The translations under genes and the position numbers were made by a program. DNA of 64,000 nucleotides from a virus (Duplodnaviria > Heunggongvirae > Uroviricota > Caudoviricetes): positions 1 to 64,000 of the IMG/VR virus record IMGVR_UViG_2850796239_000011, one strand, 5' to 3'. The notes beneath the pieces are model-generated. The model made no database searches. It was not told the origin of the DNA and was given only the letters and a program-made list of their open reading frames with translations. Each line of letters opens with the position of its first letter. Position 1 is the first letter of the stretch. Positions 21,360 to 30,700 of this stretch are shown here, piece after piece.

Positions 21360-23434
21360 GGGTTTTCTTCATCAGGCACCACTTTTTTTCGTTTCTTTTT
21401 TTTAACGGACACGGATACCGGCTCCGGCGAGGCTGACAGTCCGGCATCATCCCTGACACGCTCCAGCCAGGTTTCCCTGCATGCCCATTCCGGTGCATCC
21501 GGCCACTGAATTTTCTCGTAACCATGCAGAATGACCAGAGCCTCGGCATACACCATCAGGTCAAAAGCTTCGTTGGCACCTCGACCCGGCTTACTCCATT
21601 TCCCGTCACTGCTCCGCTCTTCATACGTCAGTTCGTCGTAAAACCAGCTCCCCAGCCAGTCAGGGAAATGCACATAGCCGGGACCTGGCGAGTCACGCCA
21701 TAACGCGTTATTCACCCGGTCTTTCAGGGCATCCGTCTGAAGAAGCCAGAGCGGCACATCACCTGCGGCCTGCGCCCGTCGGCCCGTTCGTCCGGTGTTA
21801 TCAGGGAATGTACGGGTGATCAGTTTTGCGCGCCGGATGCTGTCGCCCTTAAACAGGTAAATACGTTTACCAAGGCCATCACGACGGCAACGACGCCAGA
21901 ATTTATAGGCATTATCAGTGACCCCGTCTTCACCGCCGGAGTCCACCGCCATTGCCATCAGTCGCATTTGTTGAGAAGGATCGGAGGCCAACGGCCAGCT
22001 TTTATGAAAAACATCCGTCAGCAGGACATCCCAGTCCTCAGGATAACCAGCAGGATCAATTCGCAGGCTTTCTCCGTTGTTGTCACAACGCAATGACTGC
22101 GTGATGTTGTAACGATCAATAATCCAGCGTTCGCCACGGCAACCATAACCCGTTACCTGAACCACAAAACGGCGATGACGTCCCGCCTGCACATCCACTG
22201 TCGCCGCCAGGAAATTAACACCATCCGGCACGCAGCGGGGAGGAACAGGCTCTGCCCGCTGCTCAAGCAGTTCACTTTTTCGTTGCTCCATGCTGGCGCG
22301 GGGAAGATAAGGTAATCCCCAGTCGGTGTTGATAACCGCCCTGAGTGTTTCTTCACTTCCGGTTGTCTCGTATTCCTGTTCTGCAGTAAGCAGTTTGTAA
22401 ACGAGTTGCGAGAGTGTCTGGTAAGCAGCTGCCGGACCCTCCATCCAGAATGACGCAATACGTGAACGCCTGGGATCACCATAACGACTGCCATCCGCAT
22501 TGATGGATTCACCATCCCGCAACCAGACCCCACGTCCGTTCAGCTCACGTTTTTGTTCAGGCATAATCCGTCCTGAACAGGAAGGACACTGAATATAAGC
22601 CGCCTCACTTGCCAGCACGGGATCGGCAATATCACGGAAACCAGCAACCACATCGCCGCAGGGCTGAAAATACTCACCACAGTGTGGACAGGGCCAGTAC
22701 CAGCGACGGCGATCGCCACGGTTATAGAGCGACAGTATCCCCGTGGTTGGTGGAGCCTCATGCGGTGAAGTCCGTCGCCATTTCACATCCTTCACATCCC
22801 TGCCGGGGGAACTCTCCACCAGCGTCATACCACTGGACATAAATGTTGTGGTACGTTTTGAGGCAAGAGAGAAAGCATCCCCCTCACCATCAATATCTTC
22901 CGGAAAACGGTCATAATCCGTCAGCGCGACGCATTTATAATCTGATGAGGACATGATATTGACTGACGGCCAGCCGATTTTCAGGTAGTTGCCAGCAAGG
23001 AATGTTCTGTCATAAACGTTGTTGTCATTTTTGTTCGGACTCAGGCGACTGACCACTTCCGGGCTGACGCGAAACGTTCTGGCGAGTCGTTTTTTGGAGT
23101 GTTCGCGGGCTTTTTCCTCCGTCATCTGAATGATCAGCATATCAGCAGGATCGCAAATCACGTTGTAAATCACCCAGCCGTCAATCAGGCCGATAGTCTT
23201 GCCGGTTCGTGCCGGGCCAACAAATATCACTGCGTCGTATTCACGCGAGGCCAGGCAGTTCATCGGCTCAATAACATACGGTGCCACCAGCGGATCCCAC
23301 GGGACTGAGTTCCCTGCCCCCATGGGCACCCGCATATACTGAGCAACGGCATCAGCAACCCGCATTCGTCTCGGTGCGCGAAGGATATAACCTGAATCGG
23401 TTCGTGCTGCCTTTGCGGTTTCCTGATTCAGCAT
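21332..23434 (-). CDS. Terminase large subunit (gpA-like)
   Basis: 700 aa with Walker A-like 'VGPARTGKT' and nuclease region; lambda A-like position. Confidence 0.92.
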   Translation of the reverse strand: MLNQETAKAARTDSGYILRAPRRMRVADAVAQYMRVPMGAGNSVPWDPLVAPYVIEPMNCLASREYDAVIFVGPARTGKTIGLIDGWVIYNVICDPADMLIIQMTEEKAREHSKKRLARTFRVSPEVVSRLSPNKNDNNVYDRTFLAGNYLKIGWPSVNIMSSSDYKCVALTDYDRFPEDIDGEGDAFSLASKRTTTFMSSGMTLVESSPGRDVKDVKWRRTSPHEAPPTTGILSLYNRGDRRRWYWPCPHCGEYFQPCGDVVAGFRDIADPVLASEAAYIQCPSCSGRIMPEQKRELNGRGVWLRDGESINADGSRYGDPRRSRIASFWMEGPAAAYQTLSQLVYKLLTAEQEYETTGSEETLRAVINTDWGLPYLPRASMEQRKSELLEQRAEPVPPRCVPDGVNFLAATVDVQAGRHRRFVVQVTGYGCRGERWIIDRYNITQSLRCDNNGESLRIDPAGYPEDWDVLLTDVFHKSWPLASDPSQQMRLMAMAVDSGGEDGVTDNAYKFWRRCRRDGLGKRIYLFKGDSIRRAKLITRTFPDNTGRTGRRAQAAGDVPLWLLQTDALKDRVNNALWRDSPGPGYVHFPDWLGSWFYDELTYEERSSDGKWSKPGRGANEAFDLMVYAEALVILHGYEKIQWPDAPEWACRETWLERVRDDAGLSASPEPVSVSVKKKKRKKVVPDEENPWVTSGGWL

Positions 23435-23927
23435 TACTCCTCCTGCTGTAATTCCTCCTCATCATCCGCACCTGCTTCAGTCACCCGCAGGGCTATCTGA
23501 TCGCGCAGATCATCAATAATGGACTGAACACGGCTCACAGCGGCAGGCTGCAGACCGCAGTCACGTTCAAGAATATCCGGTAATGTCTCCAGCACCTGCA
23601 CGACCGCTTTTGCCCAGATGGCAAACTCCCGTCTGACATCACTGGCCGGAATGAGTTGTGCCGTTTCCTGTTCGAACTTAAGACGCTCACGTTCAGACTG
23701 ATACCAGGCTTTGCGCTCATGCGCGTCCATTTCGCCTTCTGCAACCGGCGGTGGTAATGCCAGAAATGCCGACACAATATCAACCACCCGATAAAGCTTG
23801 AGGTTGCTTTCATGCCCCCTGCAACGGGTAGATTTTGCAGCCTTGCCGCAGCAGTCTGGCGATGTACACCTGACAGTGCCGCCAGTTGACTGATATTCAG
23901 CGTCAGATTTTTTAACTCTCGATCCAT
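23434..23927 (-). pseudogene. Terminase small subunit (Nu1-like), frame broken at a G/C homopolymer
   Basis: HTH N-terminus ('LNISQLAALSGVHRQTAAARL') in one frame, C-terminus ('YRVVDIVSAFLALPPP...DDEEELQQEE') in the -1 frame; restored if the C5 run at 23815-23819 were C6. Confidence 0.65.
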
Positions 23928-24084
23928 ACCCGCTCCAGAATGTTTTAAACATGCATCTTGCGAACAACTTTAGGCAAACGGTGTTAGTGATGAACAAAAA
24001 ACAATCAAAATCGACACCATAAAAATAAAACCACTGTAATATCAATCCATTACAGTAGTGGTGATGACGAATGAAATTTCAAAA

Positions 24085-24125
24085 ACTAGCCTTTTTCCGC
24101 GCCGCTCCCGCCCCGTGGCAGGCCA
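24085..24125. other. Candidate cos site (cosN region)
   Basis: Upstream of Nu1: 'GGGGCGGGAGCGGCGCGG' followed by an AT-rich 'TTTTTGAAATTT' segment, resembling the lambda cosN/cosB layout. Confidence 0.35.
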
Positions 24126-24537
24126 CCCCACCGGGAGGACCCGTCAGCCTGACAGCCATGACGAACGTCTGATACAGCGCCCTGCATGAATGACATCGGG
24201 ATAATCCAGAAAGGAATAGCATCGTACCCACAAGAATCAGTGTAAGTGTCCTGTTTCTTCCACCCCCGCACAGGACTGGCGAGCATGAGGGACAAACCCG
24301 CGAACCATAAACGCGGTAAAAACCCGGTGTGCATCGTTTTTGATTATTCCCGCACACTCGCGCAGAAGGAGTTCCCCGTCGGGCTACGGTCATGGTTAAT
24401 GCGGGAATACAGCGACGATACAGCGCATGATGTGTCAGGCCTGAATACCTTTATCCGTTAAAAGGGATATCAGTTAAGTTATCCCGTGTAGGGTATAAGC
24501 CATTATCAAGCCCACCCGTAGATGGGCTTTGTAATGG

Positions 24538-24795
24538 CTACTTCGCTTTTGCTTCCGCTCGCTTACGCCGGCGCTCTTCTTTCCTCTCGGCTTTTGCCAT
24601 GTCCATGAATGCCTGCATGATCGAGTTCCGCATCATGTAGCTAACAAAGTGATGATTGACACAGCCGTTGAGGCGCAGCTGCTCGCCAAACTCATCCACC
24701 GAGGCCAATGCTTCCATCATGCCCTTCTCGCCTTTCATGAACTCTGAGAAGTCGCGCCCCGCTCTGGAGGCGCATTCAATGACACGATCACTCAT
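24538..24795 (-). CDS. Hypothetical small basic protein
   Basis: 85-aa ORF, ATGA-coupled to the upstream KilA-N gene; Lys/Arg-rich C-terminus. Confidence 0.4.
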   Translation of the reverse strand: MSDRVIECASRAGRDFSEFMKGEKGMMEALASVDEFGEQLRLNGCVNHHFVSYMMRNSIMQAFMDMAKAERKEERRRKRAEAKAK

Positions 24796-25289
24796 CCCGG
24801 AAGCCCGGGGATCGTTATCTGCAGCTGGTTAGCCAGGGAGTTAATCTCAGCGACCAACACTGGCTTCGTATAGCGCCATGCCGCCAGCCCTTGTCCACAG
24901 AAGCTCGCCATATCTTTTTTCTGATCAAACTCATGACACTTCATATTGAGCTGCGCACTTAATCTGTTGCGATGCTGAAGTTCTCCGGTGAAGTAGTCAT
25001 CCAGGACTTTATAGGCTGCATATTTAAATCCGGGGTTTAGCCATGCTGCATAATCATAAGCAACAAACTTCCCGCCATATGTTCCACCGTGTACACCGCG
25101 CTCAGTAAAAACCACAGATTCGTGGTTTTTCTCCAGCTCGGCTAAGAACTCTTTGGTCTGCTTGTTTCGCAGGTAGTGGTACGGAGATTCAGATTCACTT
25201 TTACCACTGGCTTTCCACATATCAGTGAGGCAGATCATTCCTGATTCATCAACACGGATCGGTGTATTAAAAAGCGTGATTGCTTTCAT
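24792..25289 (-). CDS. KilA-N domain protein
   Basis: 165 aa with KilA-N-like N-terminus ('ICLTDMWKASGKSESESPYHYLRNKQTKEFL'). Confidence 0.7.
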   Translation of the reverse strand: MKAITLFNTPIRVDESGMICLTDMWKASGKSESESPYHYLRNKQTKEFLAELEKNHESVVFTERGVHGGTYGGKFVAYDYAAWLNPGFKYAAYKVLDDYFTGELQHRNRLSAQLNMKCHEFDQKKDMASFCGQGLAAWRYTKPVLVAEINSLANQLQITIPGLPG

Positions 25290-25494
25290 GGCGTCTTTAC
25301 CTTTTAGAAAGATGAGCCTGTTCGCACAGAAAAGCCGTCCCCGAGATGGTCGCCACCATATACGGCAATTCTCAGGCTCAGCTTTCTGAAAGACTCGGGG
25401 TTTATATGCGCTGCGATGCGCGGTTTACTGCGGACATATAAAAGCCCCGCAAGTGCGAGGCTCATTAAATGGACTTTGTGATTTGCAAAAAAAT

Positions 25495-25962
25495 TTATTT
25501 CAGGCACTGAGTCCTGATGTACTCCTGAAGCATTCTCAATGCTGTCTGGTCGCTGATGATTCCGTCCCGGATACCGAGAACGTTTCGTCCAGCAACTGGA
25601 GAGAGTTCGACGGTGGCATCATTGCCCATGCCGGAGGCGCTGGAGGTTTCGGCTGAGGATGGCACAGGGCATTTTCCTTTGACGAGCACCCGACCACCAT
25701 TATCAAGCTTGCGCCGAAGAGCATCATTTTCAGCTTTCGCATCAGCTAACTCCTTCGTGTATTTAGCATCGAGTGCATCAGCAGAACGCTGGCGCTGCTG
25801 CATGTCAGTAATGGTTGCGTTCGCCAGCTTCAGTTCTCTTGCGTTTTTGTCGCGCTGCTCTTTGTAGGTAATGGCGTTATCACGGTAATGATTAACAGCC
25901 CATGACAGGCAGACGATGATGCAGATAACCAGAGCGGAGATAATCGCGGTGACTCTGCTCAT
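25495..25962 (-). CDS. Rz: Spanin inner-membrane subunit Rz
   Basis: '[34 protein letters not shown]' nearly identical to the lambda Rz N-terminus; ATGA overlap with the endolysin stop. Confidence 0.85.
   Translation of the reverse strand: MSRVTAIISALVICIIVCLSWAVNHYRDNAITYKEQRDKNARELKLANATITDMQQRQRSADALDAKYTKELADAKAENDALRRKLDNGGRVLVKGKCPVPSSAETSSASGMGNDATVELSPVAGRNVLGIRDGIISDQTALRMLQEYIRTQCLK
25536..25742 (-). CDS. Rz1: Spanin outer-membrane lipoprotein Rz1, embedded in Rz in the +1 frame
   Basis: '[21 protein letters not shown]' lipobox followed by a Pro-rich segment, entirely within Rz. Confidence 0.7.
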   Translation of the reverse strand: MRKLKMMLFGASLIMVVGCSSKENALCHPQPKPPAPPAWAMMPPSNSLQLLDETFSVSGTESSATRQH

Positions 25963-26492
25963 TGATCTATCCCCCAACAGGCTAATGCGCTTTCCTGGTC
26001 ACGACGAATAACCTGTCCATAGCAGTTATTTGAACGTATGCGGCAATCGCGCCCAACATCTTTTATCCACCAGCGAATCGCCTCGCATGCGCCCTTACGA
26101 TCACCGGCATTCAGCCGCTTATAAAACGTCGACGGGAAACACTTACCGGGGCCAATGTTATAGGGGCAAAATGACGCTATACCCGCTTTTTGTGGTTCGG
26201 TCAGTGGTACTTTAATATTGCGCTCCACCCATGCCAGCGCCTTATCACGTTCAATGGCGTTAACCTGGTCGCATTTTTCCTTCGACAGTTTCATACCGGG
26301 AAAAACGGGTTTACCATCCACCATCGTGGCACCCCGACAGATGGTCCAGATGCCGGAACCATCGCGGTATGCCGTAGTGTGGTTACCTTCTTTTTCATCC
26401 AGAAACTGGTCGAGAATATCAGGCGCAGGCGCACCGATAGCAATCAGTGCCAGAACGGCAGCCGACAGGCCATATCTGATTTTTACGTTCAT
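25959..26492 (-). CDS. R: SAR endolysin (phage lysozyme)
   Basis: 177 aa; N-terminal signal-anchor-release segment ('[18 protein letters not shown]') and lysozyme core. Confidence 0.85.
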   Translation of the reverse strand: MNVKIRYGLSAAVLALIAIGAPAPDILDQFLDEKEGNHTTAYRDGSGIWTICRGATMVDGKPVFPGMKLSKEKCDQVNAIERDKALAWVERNIKVPLTEPQKAGIASFCPYNIGPGKCFPSTFYKRLNAGDRKGACEAIRWWIKDVGRDCRIRSNNCYGQVIRRDQESALACWGIDQ

Positions 26493-26605
26493 GGATATTT
26501 ATCAGGATTTATCGGCTTCAAATCCCCGGATATGTTAAATCTTACCTCGCCAGTGATGGGCACTGGCGGGAGGAGGATGTCAATCTGATAAACACAGAGG
26601 TGACT

Positions 26606-26866
26606 ATGGATTACACAAATCTACCAAAACAAACTTTTGCTGATTTAATCGCACTCAGGCAAGCAGTCGTAGCTCTAATCAACTTGTTGCCGGAGAAGGA
26701 AAAGGAATTAGTTAAAGCGCTTCTTAACAGAACTGCCGCCGATTTTTCATCATATCCACTGACAGATGACCTTGCGGACCTTCCTGAATTAATTGCAGCG
26801 TCCGCCATTAAGCTTACTGAAGAGATTTACCCTCCTCAAAAATCTTCACAAAATTCCTGCGAGTAA
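26606..26866 (+). CDS. Hypothetical protein (within lysis-cassette insertion)
   Basis: ATG at 26606 with AGAGG 6 nt upstream; 86 aa; hairpin plus T8 run downstream (~26886-26920). Confidence 0.35.
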   Translation: MDYTNLPKQTFADLIALRQAVVALINLLPEKEKELVKALLNRTAADFSSYPLTDDLADLPELIAASAIKLTEEIYPPQKSSQNSCE

Positions 26867-27344
26867 CTTCAATGCAATAATCGTAAAACGCCGCAAACTG
26901 CTCATCGCGGCGTTTTTTTTCATCTTCAGAAGGAATCAGCACCGACAATTTTTTCTCCAGTTTTTCAATGGGCGATTCAATATCATCTTTTTCTGACCGC
27001 AATGCCGTCGGTGGCGTCTTCAGAGAACCAGTAATTCTTCCCGGTAGCTTTCCTTTGTAGGTTATCCACACATTCTGCGCCTCTAAAATTATGGGGCGCT
27101 TTTCCGGCGACTGCTCATCCCCTTCACATAACCCGGCAGCAACATCCAGGAATACCTGTCTGATTCTCATTCTGGCCGCTGCCTCATAAAACTCCAGCGC
27201 GGCACCTTCAACACGGTCCAGCGAGATGTCCAGGTCAAAAATTTCACCGTCAAAGCGTTTTTTGTCCCGTAACGCTAAAGTTACCGCAACTTTATTCTCA
27301 AAATTGCGGATCCCTTTCACAATCAGTTCATAGTTTTGTGTCAT
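26814..27344 (-). CDS. Hypothetical protein inserted between holin and endolysin
   Basis: 176-aa ORF co-oriented with the lysis genes; no family recognised. Confidence 0.5.
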   Translation of the reverse strand: MTQNYELIVKGIRNFENKVAVTLALRDKKRFDGEIFDLDISLDRVEGAALEFYEAAARMRIRQVFLDVAAGLCEGDEQSPEKRPIILEAQNVWITYKGKLPGRITGSLKTPPTALRSEKDDIESPIEKLEKKLSVLIPSEDEKKRRDEQFAAFYDYCIEVTRRNFVKIFEEGKSLQ

Positions 27345-27348
27345 TGAA

Positions 27349-27564
27349 TTACTCTCCCCGCGCAGCCTTACGCTTGTCTTCTCTTATTTTGAAATACAGG
27401 TTAGTCAGATATGTCAGCAGCCCAAACAGCAGACTCCCCAGCACGCCTATTGCCGCCCACTGAGACGGGGAAACCCTGTCCAGCAACTGCAGGAACCAGT
27501 AGCCCGTTCCCACCGCTGACGTGGTGTATGACACACCTGTTGTGATTTTTTCCATCTGGTCCAT
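27349..27564 (-). CDS. S: Class II holin (S21/EssD-like pinholin) with dual-start motif
   Basis: '[71 protein letters not shown]', close match to DLP12 EssD; Met1 and Met4 ('MDQM') give the antiholin/holin dual start. Confidence 0.8.
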   Translation of the reverse strand: MDQMEKITTGVSYTTSAVGTGYWFLQLLDRVSPSQWAAIGVLGSLLFGLLTYLTNLYFKIREDKRKAARGE

Positions 27565-27871
27565 ACCCCGTCTCCCGTTATCCGGAAGCTGACAACAATA
27601 AAAAAGCCACCAGTTAACTACTGATGGCTCTGATAACTCATGCAAGCGTCTCAGACGATCCACTGACACTACCGGTGAGTTTAACGATACCTTCCATTTG
27701 ACTGGCTCACTTTTTATGATGATGCCGGTGCATTTATCTCCAGCACCAGACTTTCTATCTCAACGCCATACGTTGCATTTTTGGTAATATCCGTCAGCGT
27801 CAGTGCATTTAGTCCCACTGCCAGACTGTCTTTTATGGCCTGGAATGCCGGGCCAGTACGATGACGTAGTA

Positions 27872-28075
27872 TCACTCCGGCTCAGTTGCACCACTGACCA
27901 CCACATCACCTTCTGCTGCAATCGCCTGCATCAGGGTATAAGGGGTTATGGCCACCGGACTACCAAACGGCTGCCAGCCCTCTTTCAGTTTATGTGTCAG
28001 CTTTTCCGCAAGATCTGACGGCGGCGCCGCCCTGACAACATCATAGTGTTTAAATGCCATGGTTCTTTCCACCAT
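27872..28075 (-). CDS. Small conserved lambdoid protein (DUF1737-like)
   Basis: 67 aa ('MAFKHYDVVRA...LKEGWQPFGSPVAITPY'), upstream of the holin. Confidence 0.4.
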   Translation of the reverse strand: MVERTMAFKHYDVVRAAPPSDLAEKLTHKLKEGWQPFGSPVAITPYTLMQAIAAEGDVVVSGATEPE

Positions 28076-28320
28076 CTAAAAAATAATTCTTTAAAATACC
28101 TGACATGTAATACAGAAAAAGCACAAAACCATACATTAAATAAAAACCTGATTATCAAGCAGATATGCATGGATAAACTACAAGACGAGATATAAACCAC
28201 CCTGCATTTAAATAAACAATAAACAACATCAGAAAAATAATTCTGCTCTATGGTTTACATTCAAAAATATCATTTATACTTTTCAGAACATCACCAGCAA
28301 GGCATAAACAAGGAAACTAA

Positions 28321-28656
28321 ATGAAGTGGATTGTGATTGATACAGTTATCCAGCCATCATGCGGAATATCTTTTTCAGTCATATGGAGTAAAATAAAATT
28401 AATAATCTGGTATCAATCGGATGCTTTCTTACCTCCTGAAAGTATATTTACACTGACTCACACAGGCATCATGCTCAATAACAAAGTGCTACCTGTAACC
28501 ATTTACAACGTAGTACCATTCAATAAAACATTCTGGAATTTAATCAAAAACAGCCAGGAATGCCCTACAAATACAGATAACGTATTGAATGAATGCTTTA
28601 ATAACCGTTGCACTCTGCAAATATGTCCTTATGGACTAAAACAACAAAGTCCATAA
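28321..28656 (+). CDS. Hypothetical Cys-containing protein in AT-rich cargo locus
   Basis: 111-aa ORF, RBS AAGGA 7 nt upstream, AT-rich context; antisense to late transcription. Confidence 0.3.
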   Translation: MKWIVIDTVIQPSCGISFSVIWSKIKLIIWYQSDAFLPPESIFTLTHTGIMLNNKVLPVTIYNVVPFNKTFWNLIKNSQECPTNTDNVLNECFNNRCTLQICPYGLKQQSP

Positions 28657-28693
28657 GGAGTTTACTCACATCTGACAAAATCAATATAAACAG

Positions 28694-28713
28694 CCCCTCC
28701 GGAGAGGGGCTGG
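28694..28713. terminator. GC-rich hairpin (candidate terminator)
   Basis: 'AGCCCCTCCGGAGAGGGGCT' palindrome after the 28321 ORF; T-rich stretch follows on the minus strand. Confidence 0.3.
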
Positions 28714-29031
28714 AGAGTGGCGCTATGTGCCATTGCATGGTGCCGGGTGCCTCCCGGTGAATTCAGTACCAGCACCTGAATCCGCGATTATCCCATATAC
28801 CTACTCGCTGATTGCCCCTCCGCACAGGGGGATTCACCATGCCAGTTTCTTTTAACAAACTCCCCGCAAACCAGACAACAGTCAACCGCCTGAATTGTGA
28901 AGTATTTAAAAATTTCTCCCGCTAACTGATACCCGGCTAACAGTCTGGCGTTTTCTTTTTCAGCAACGGGAAAGCAACAACCCTGTTATCGTGTCGTCTG
29001 CTCTTCCTGATAAGCTAATGGCGGTTTGTGA

Positions 29032-29107
29032 TGGTGGCCCTTGCTGGATTTGAACCAGCGACCTGGCGATTATGAGTCGCTCGCTCTCACCACTGAGCTA
29101 AAGGGCC
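29032..29107 (-). tRNA. tRNA with CAU anticodon, ileX-like (tRNA-Ile2)
   Basis: 76-nt cloverleaf: 7-bp acceptor stem, 'TAGCTCAGTGG' D-arm, 'CTCATAA' anticodon loop, 'GGTTCAAATCC' T-arm, CCA end; close to E. coli ileX. Confidence 0.9.
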
Positions 29108-29140
29108 GGGAGCAGAATAATAACGGTCCGTAATTAATTC

Positions 29141-29170
29141 CGCAATAAAAAACCCGCTCGGCGGCGGGTT
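29141..29170 (-). terminator. Rho-independent terminator (tR'-like) downstream of the late promoter
   Basis: Stem 'AACCCGC/GCGGGTT' with 6-nt loop followed by a T-run on the minus strand. Confidence 0.55.
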
Positions 29171-29217
29171 GTAGAAACTCTTCTAACGTCAGGCATAAAA
29201 CGCCCATAGTTATGACG

Positions 29218-29245
29218 AATTTACCACAGATTCCGGAAAAATCAA
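29218..29245 (-). promoter_or_regulatory. Candidate late promoter PR'
   Basis: Minus strand TTGATT-N16-TAAATT just downstream of Q. Confidence 0.3.
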
Positions 29246-29250
29246 CCTTG

Positions 29251-30072
29251 TTACCTAGTTACCTTTTTTAACTGCCGCTCAGCCCATGCTTCTTCAATAT
29301 CAAACCGGGTCACCAGCGCATCATAGAATTTCTTAACTGTTTTTTCCCATGACGCGCGTGTTATCTGGTTTGTCACCTCGCATATAGCATTAAATGCCTC
29401 CGTTGATGGTAGTCTTTCATAGCCACGACCACCACAACGCTGGCAGTCTCTGATAACAGGCATACCACGTTTTACCGACTCTTCACGATGAATGGCGACA
29501 CCACGCCCACGGCAATCCTTACAGGCGGTGGAAACCTCACCCTTTCCGCCACACTCCGGACAGGCAACTTTTACCACCTCCCTGACTTTTTTCCATTCTT
29601 CCCAGTAAGACGGATACACACCTTTCGTACACTTTGCCCATACCGGCGGCTTACCATCCGGATACTGGACCTTGTTTGTAAAAACTACGCTTTCAATAAA
29701 TTTTTCCCCATAGCAACAAGGGCACTGCTTTTTACTCGCTGCGCTGCGGGCATAATCCTCAAAAGCGTACGAAGCCATAATGCGCATCACTACCGGTTTT
29801 ATTTCTGCCGGAAGTTTTCTCAACGCCGCCACACGATCGCACCGACTGAGTGCATAATCAGCCAGTAATTCTGTTGCCCGCGCCCTGTCATTCATACTGA
29901 TGCCCATTTTCCCCAGGAACGCAGAAAACCCCATCTCAGCCCGATTCTGTGTCATGCCCTGCGCGGCCATCACATCAGTGATACTCAGCGCATCTTTTGA
30001 CGTTGAGGCCGATGCATCGGTCAGGCAAGGGGATTTTGGGGAGTAGTATTTCGGTAAATCTTCCAGTTTCAT
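29251..30072 (-). CDS. Q: Late antiterminator Q (Cys-rich, zinc-binding type)
   Basis: 273 aa with several CxxC motifs; located between RusA and the lysis region. Confidence 0.8.
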   Translation of the reverse strand: MKLEDLPKYYSPKSPCLTDASASTSKDALSITDVMAAQGMTQNRAEMGFSAFLGKMGISMNDRARATELLADYALSRCDRVAALRKLPAEIKPVVMRIMASYAFEDYARSAASKKQCPCCYGEKFIESVVFTNKVQYPDGKPPVWAKCTKGVYPSYWEEWKKVREVVKVACPECGGKGEVSTACKDCRGRGVAIHREESVKRGMPVIRDCQRCGGRGYERLPSTEAFNAICEVTNQITRASWEKTVKKFYDALVTRFDIEEAWAERQLKKVTR

Positions 30073-30443
30073 TTTTTGACCTGCTCTTCATGCATTATGG
30101 GGTAAATCTTCACCCCCAGACGTCCTCCAGATACTGGCTGACCACGAACGATATTGATTTCATCAAACTGCTCATCGTCCATTAACACTCCCGCATGTGT
30201 CAGTGCATCCAGTGGTGCTTTCAGGATATTGTCCAGGTCACGACGGCGCTTATCCGGTGGCTCTGCAATAATCTTTATCGCCAGTCTTCCGGACAGGCTT
30301 AATTTCAGTCGCTGCTGACGGAAAATAAGCGCCACATCCCGGCGATAACGCTCACCGGCTTTTGATACAAAATATGTGTTGTCACGACGTCGCCAGTAAG
30401 TATTCACCGTCGGCGGATAAGGTAAAATAAACTCATGGCGCAT
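30069..30443 (-). CDS. rusA: Holliday junction resolvase RusA
   Basis: 124 aa RusA-like ('PPTVNTYW...DLDNILKAPLDALTHAGVLMDDEQ'). Confidence 0.9.
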   Translation of the reverse strand: MRHEFILPYPPTVNTYWRRRDNTYFVSKAGERYRRDVALIFRQQRLKLSLSGRLAIKIIAEPPDKRRRDLDNILKAPLDALTHAGVLMDDEQFDEINIVRGQPVSGGRLGVKIYPIMHEEQVKK

Positions 30444-30700
30444 CAGCGCAGCACCTCCTGCACCAGTTTTTCAAACTTTCCGACTCTGGTTTCCAGCTCT
30501 GCCACACAGTCCACCAGCTCATCTACTGCTTTCTGTGCGCGATGCTTCGCCTGCATCAGTTCCCGAAGCGCGGGTACCATATCTTTACGGATAGCATCTT
30601 TTGTTATGCCCGTTTTTTCGAGTTGTTCAGCATGACGCAGCATTTCCTGCGCGTGTTTACGCAATTGTTCAGGGGTAAAAGTCATTGTCTGGTTGTTCAA
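30443..30700 (-). CDS. Small nin-region protein (hypothetical)
   Basis: 85-aa helical ORF coupled between the helicase and RusA genes. Confidence 0.5.
   Translation of the reverse strand: MNNQTMTFTPEQLRKHAQEMLRHAEQLEKTGITKDAIRKDMVPALRELMQAKHRAQKAVDELVDCVAELETRVGKFEKLVQEVLR

Noticed and set aside
24079-24461. Overlapping ORFs of 71-104 aa in the Nu1-upstream gap
   Set aside because: GC-rich noncoding cos region; no RBS or coupling; atypical composition
28080-29250. Possible Shiga toxin or other known toxin cargo downstream of Q
   Set aside because: No ORF resembling StxA/StxB or another recognisable toxin; only one tRNA and an unrecognised AT-rich ORF
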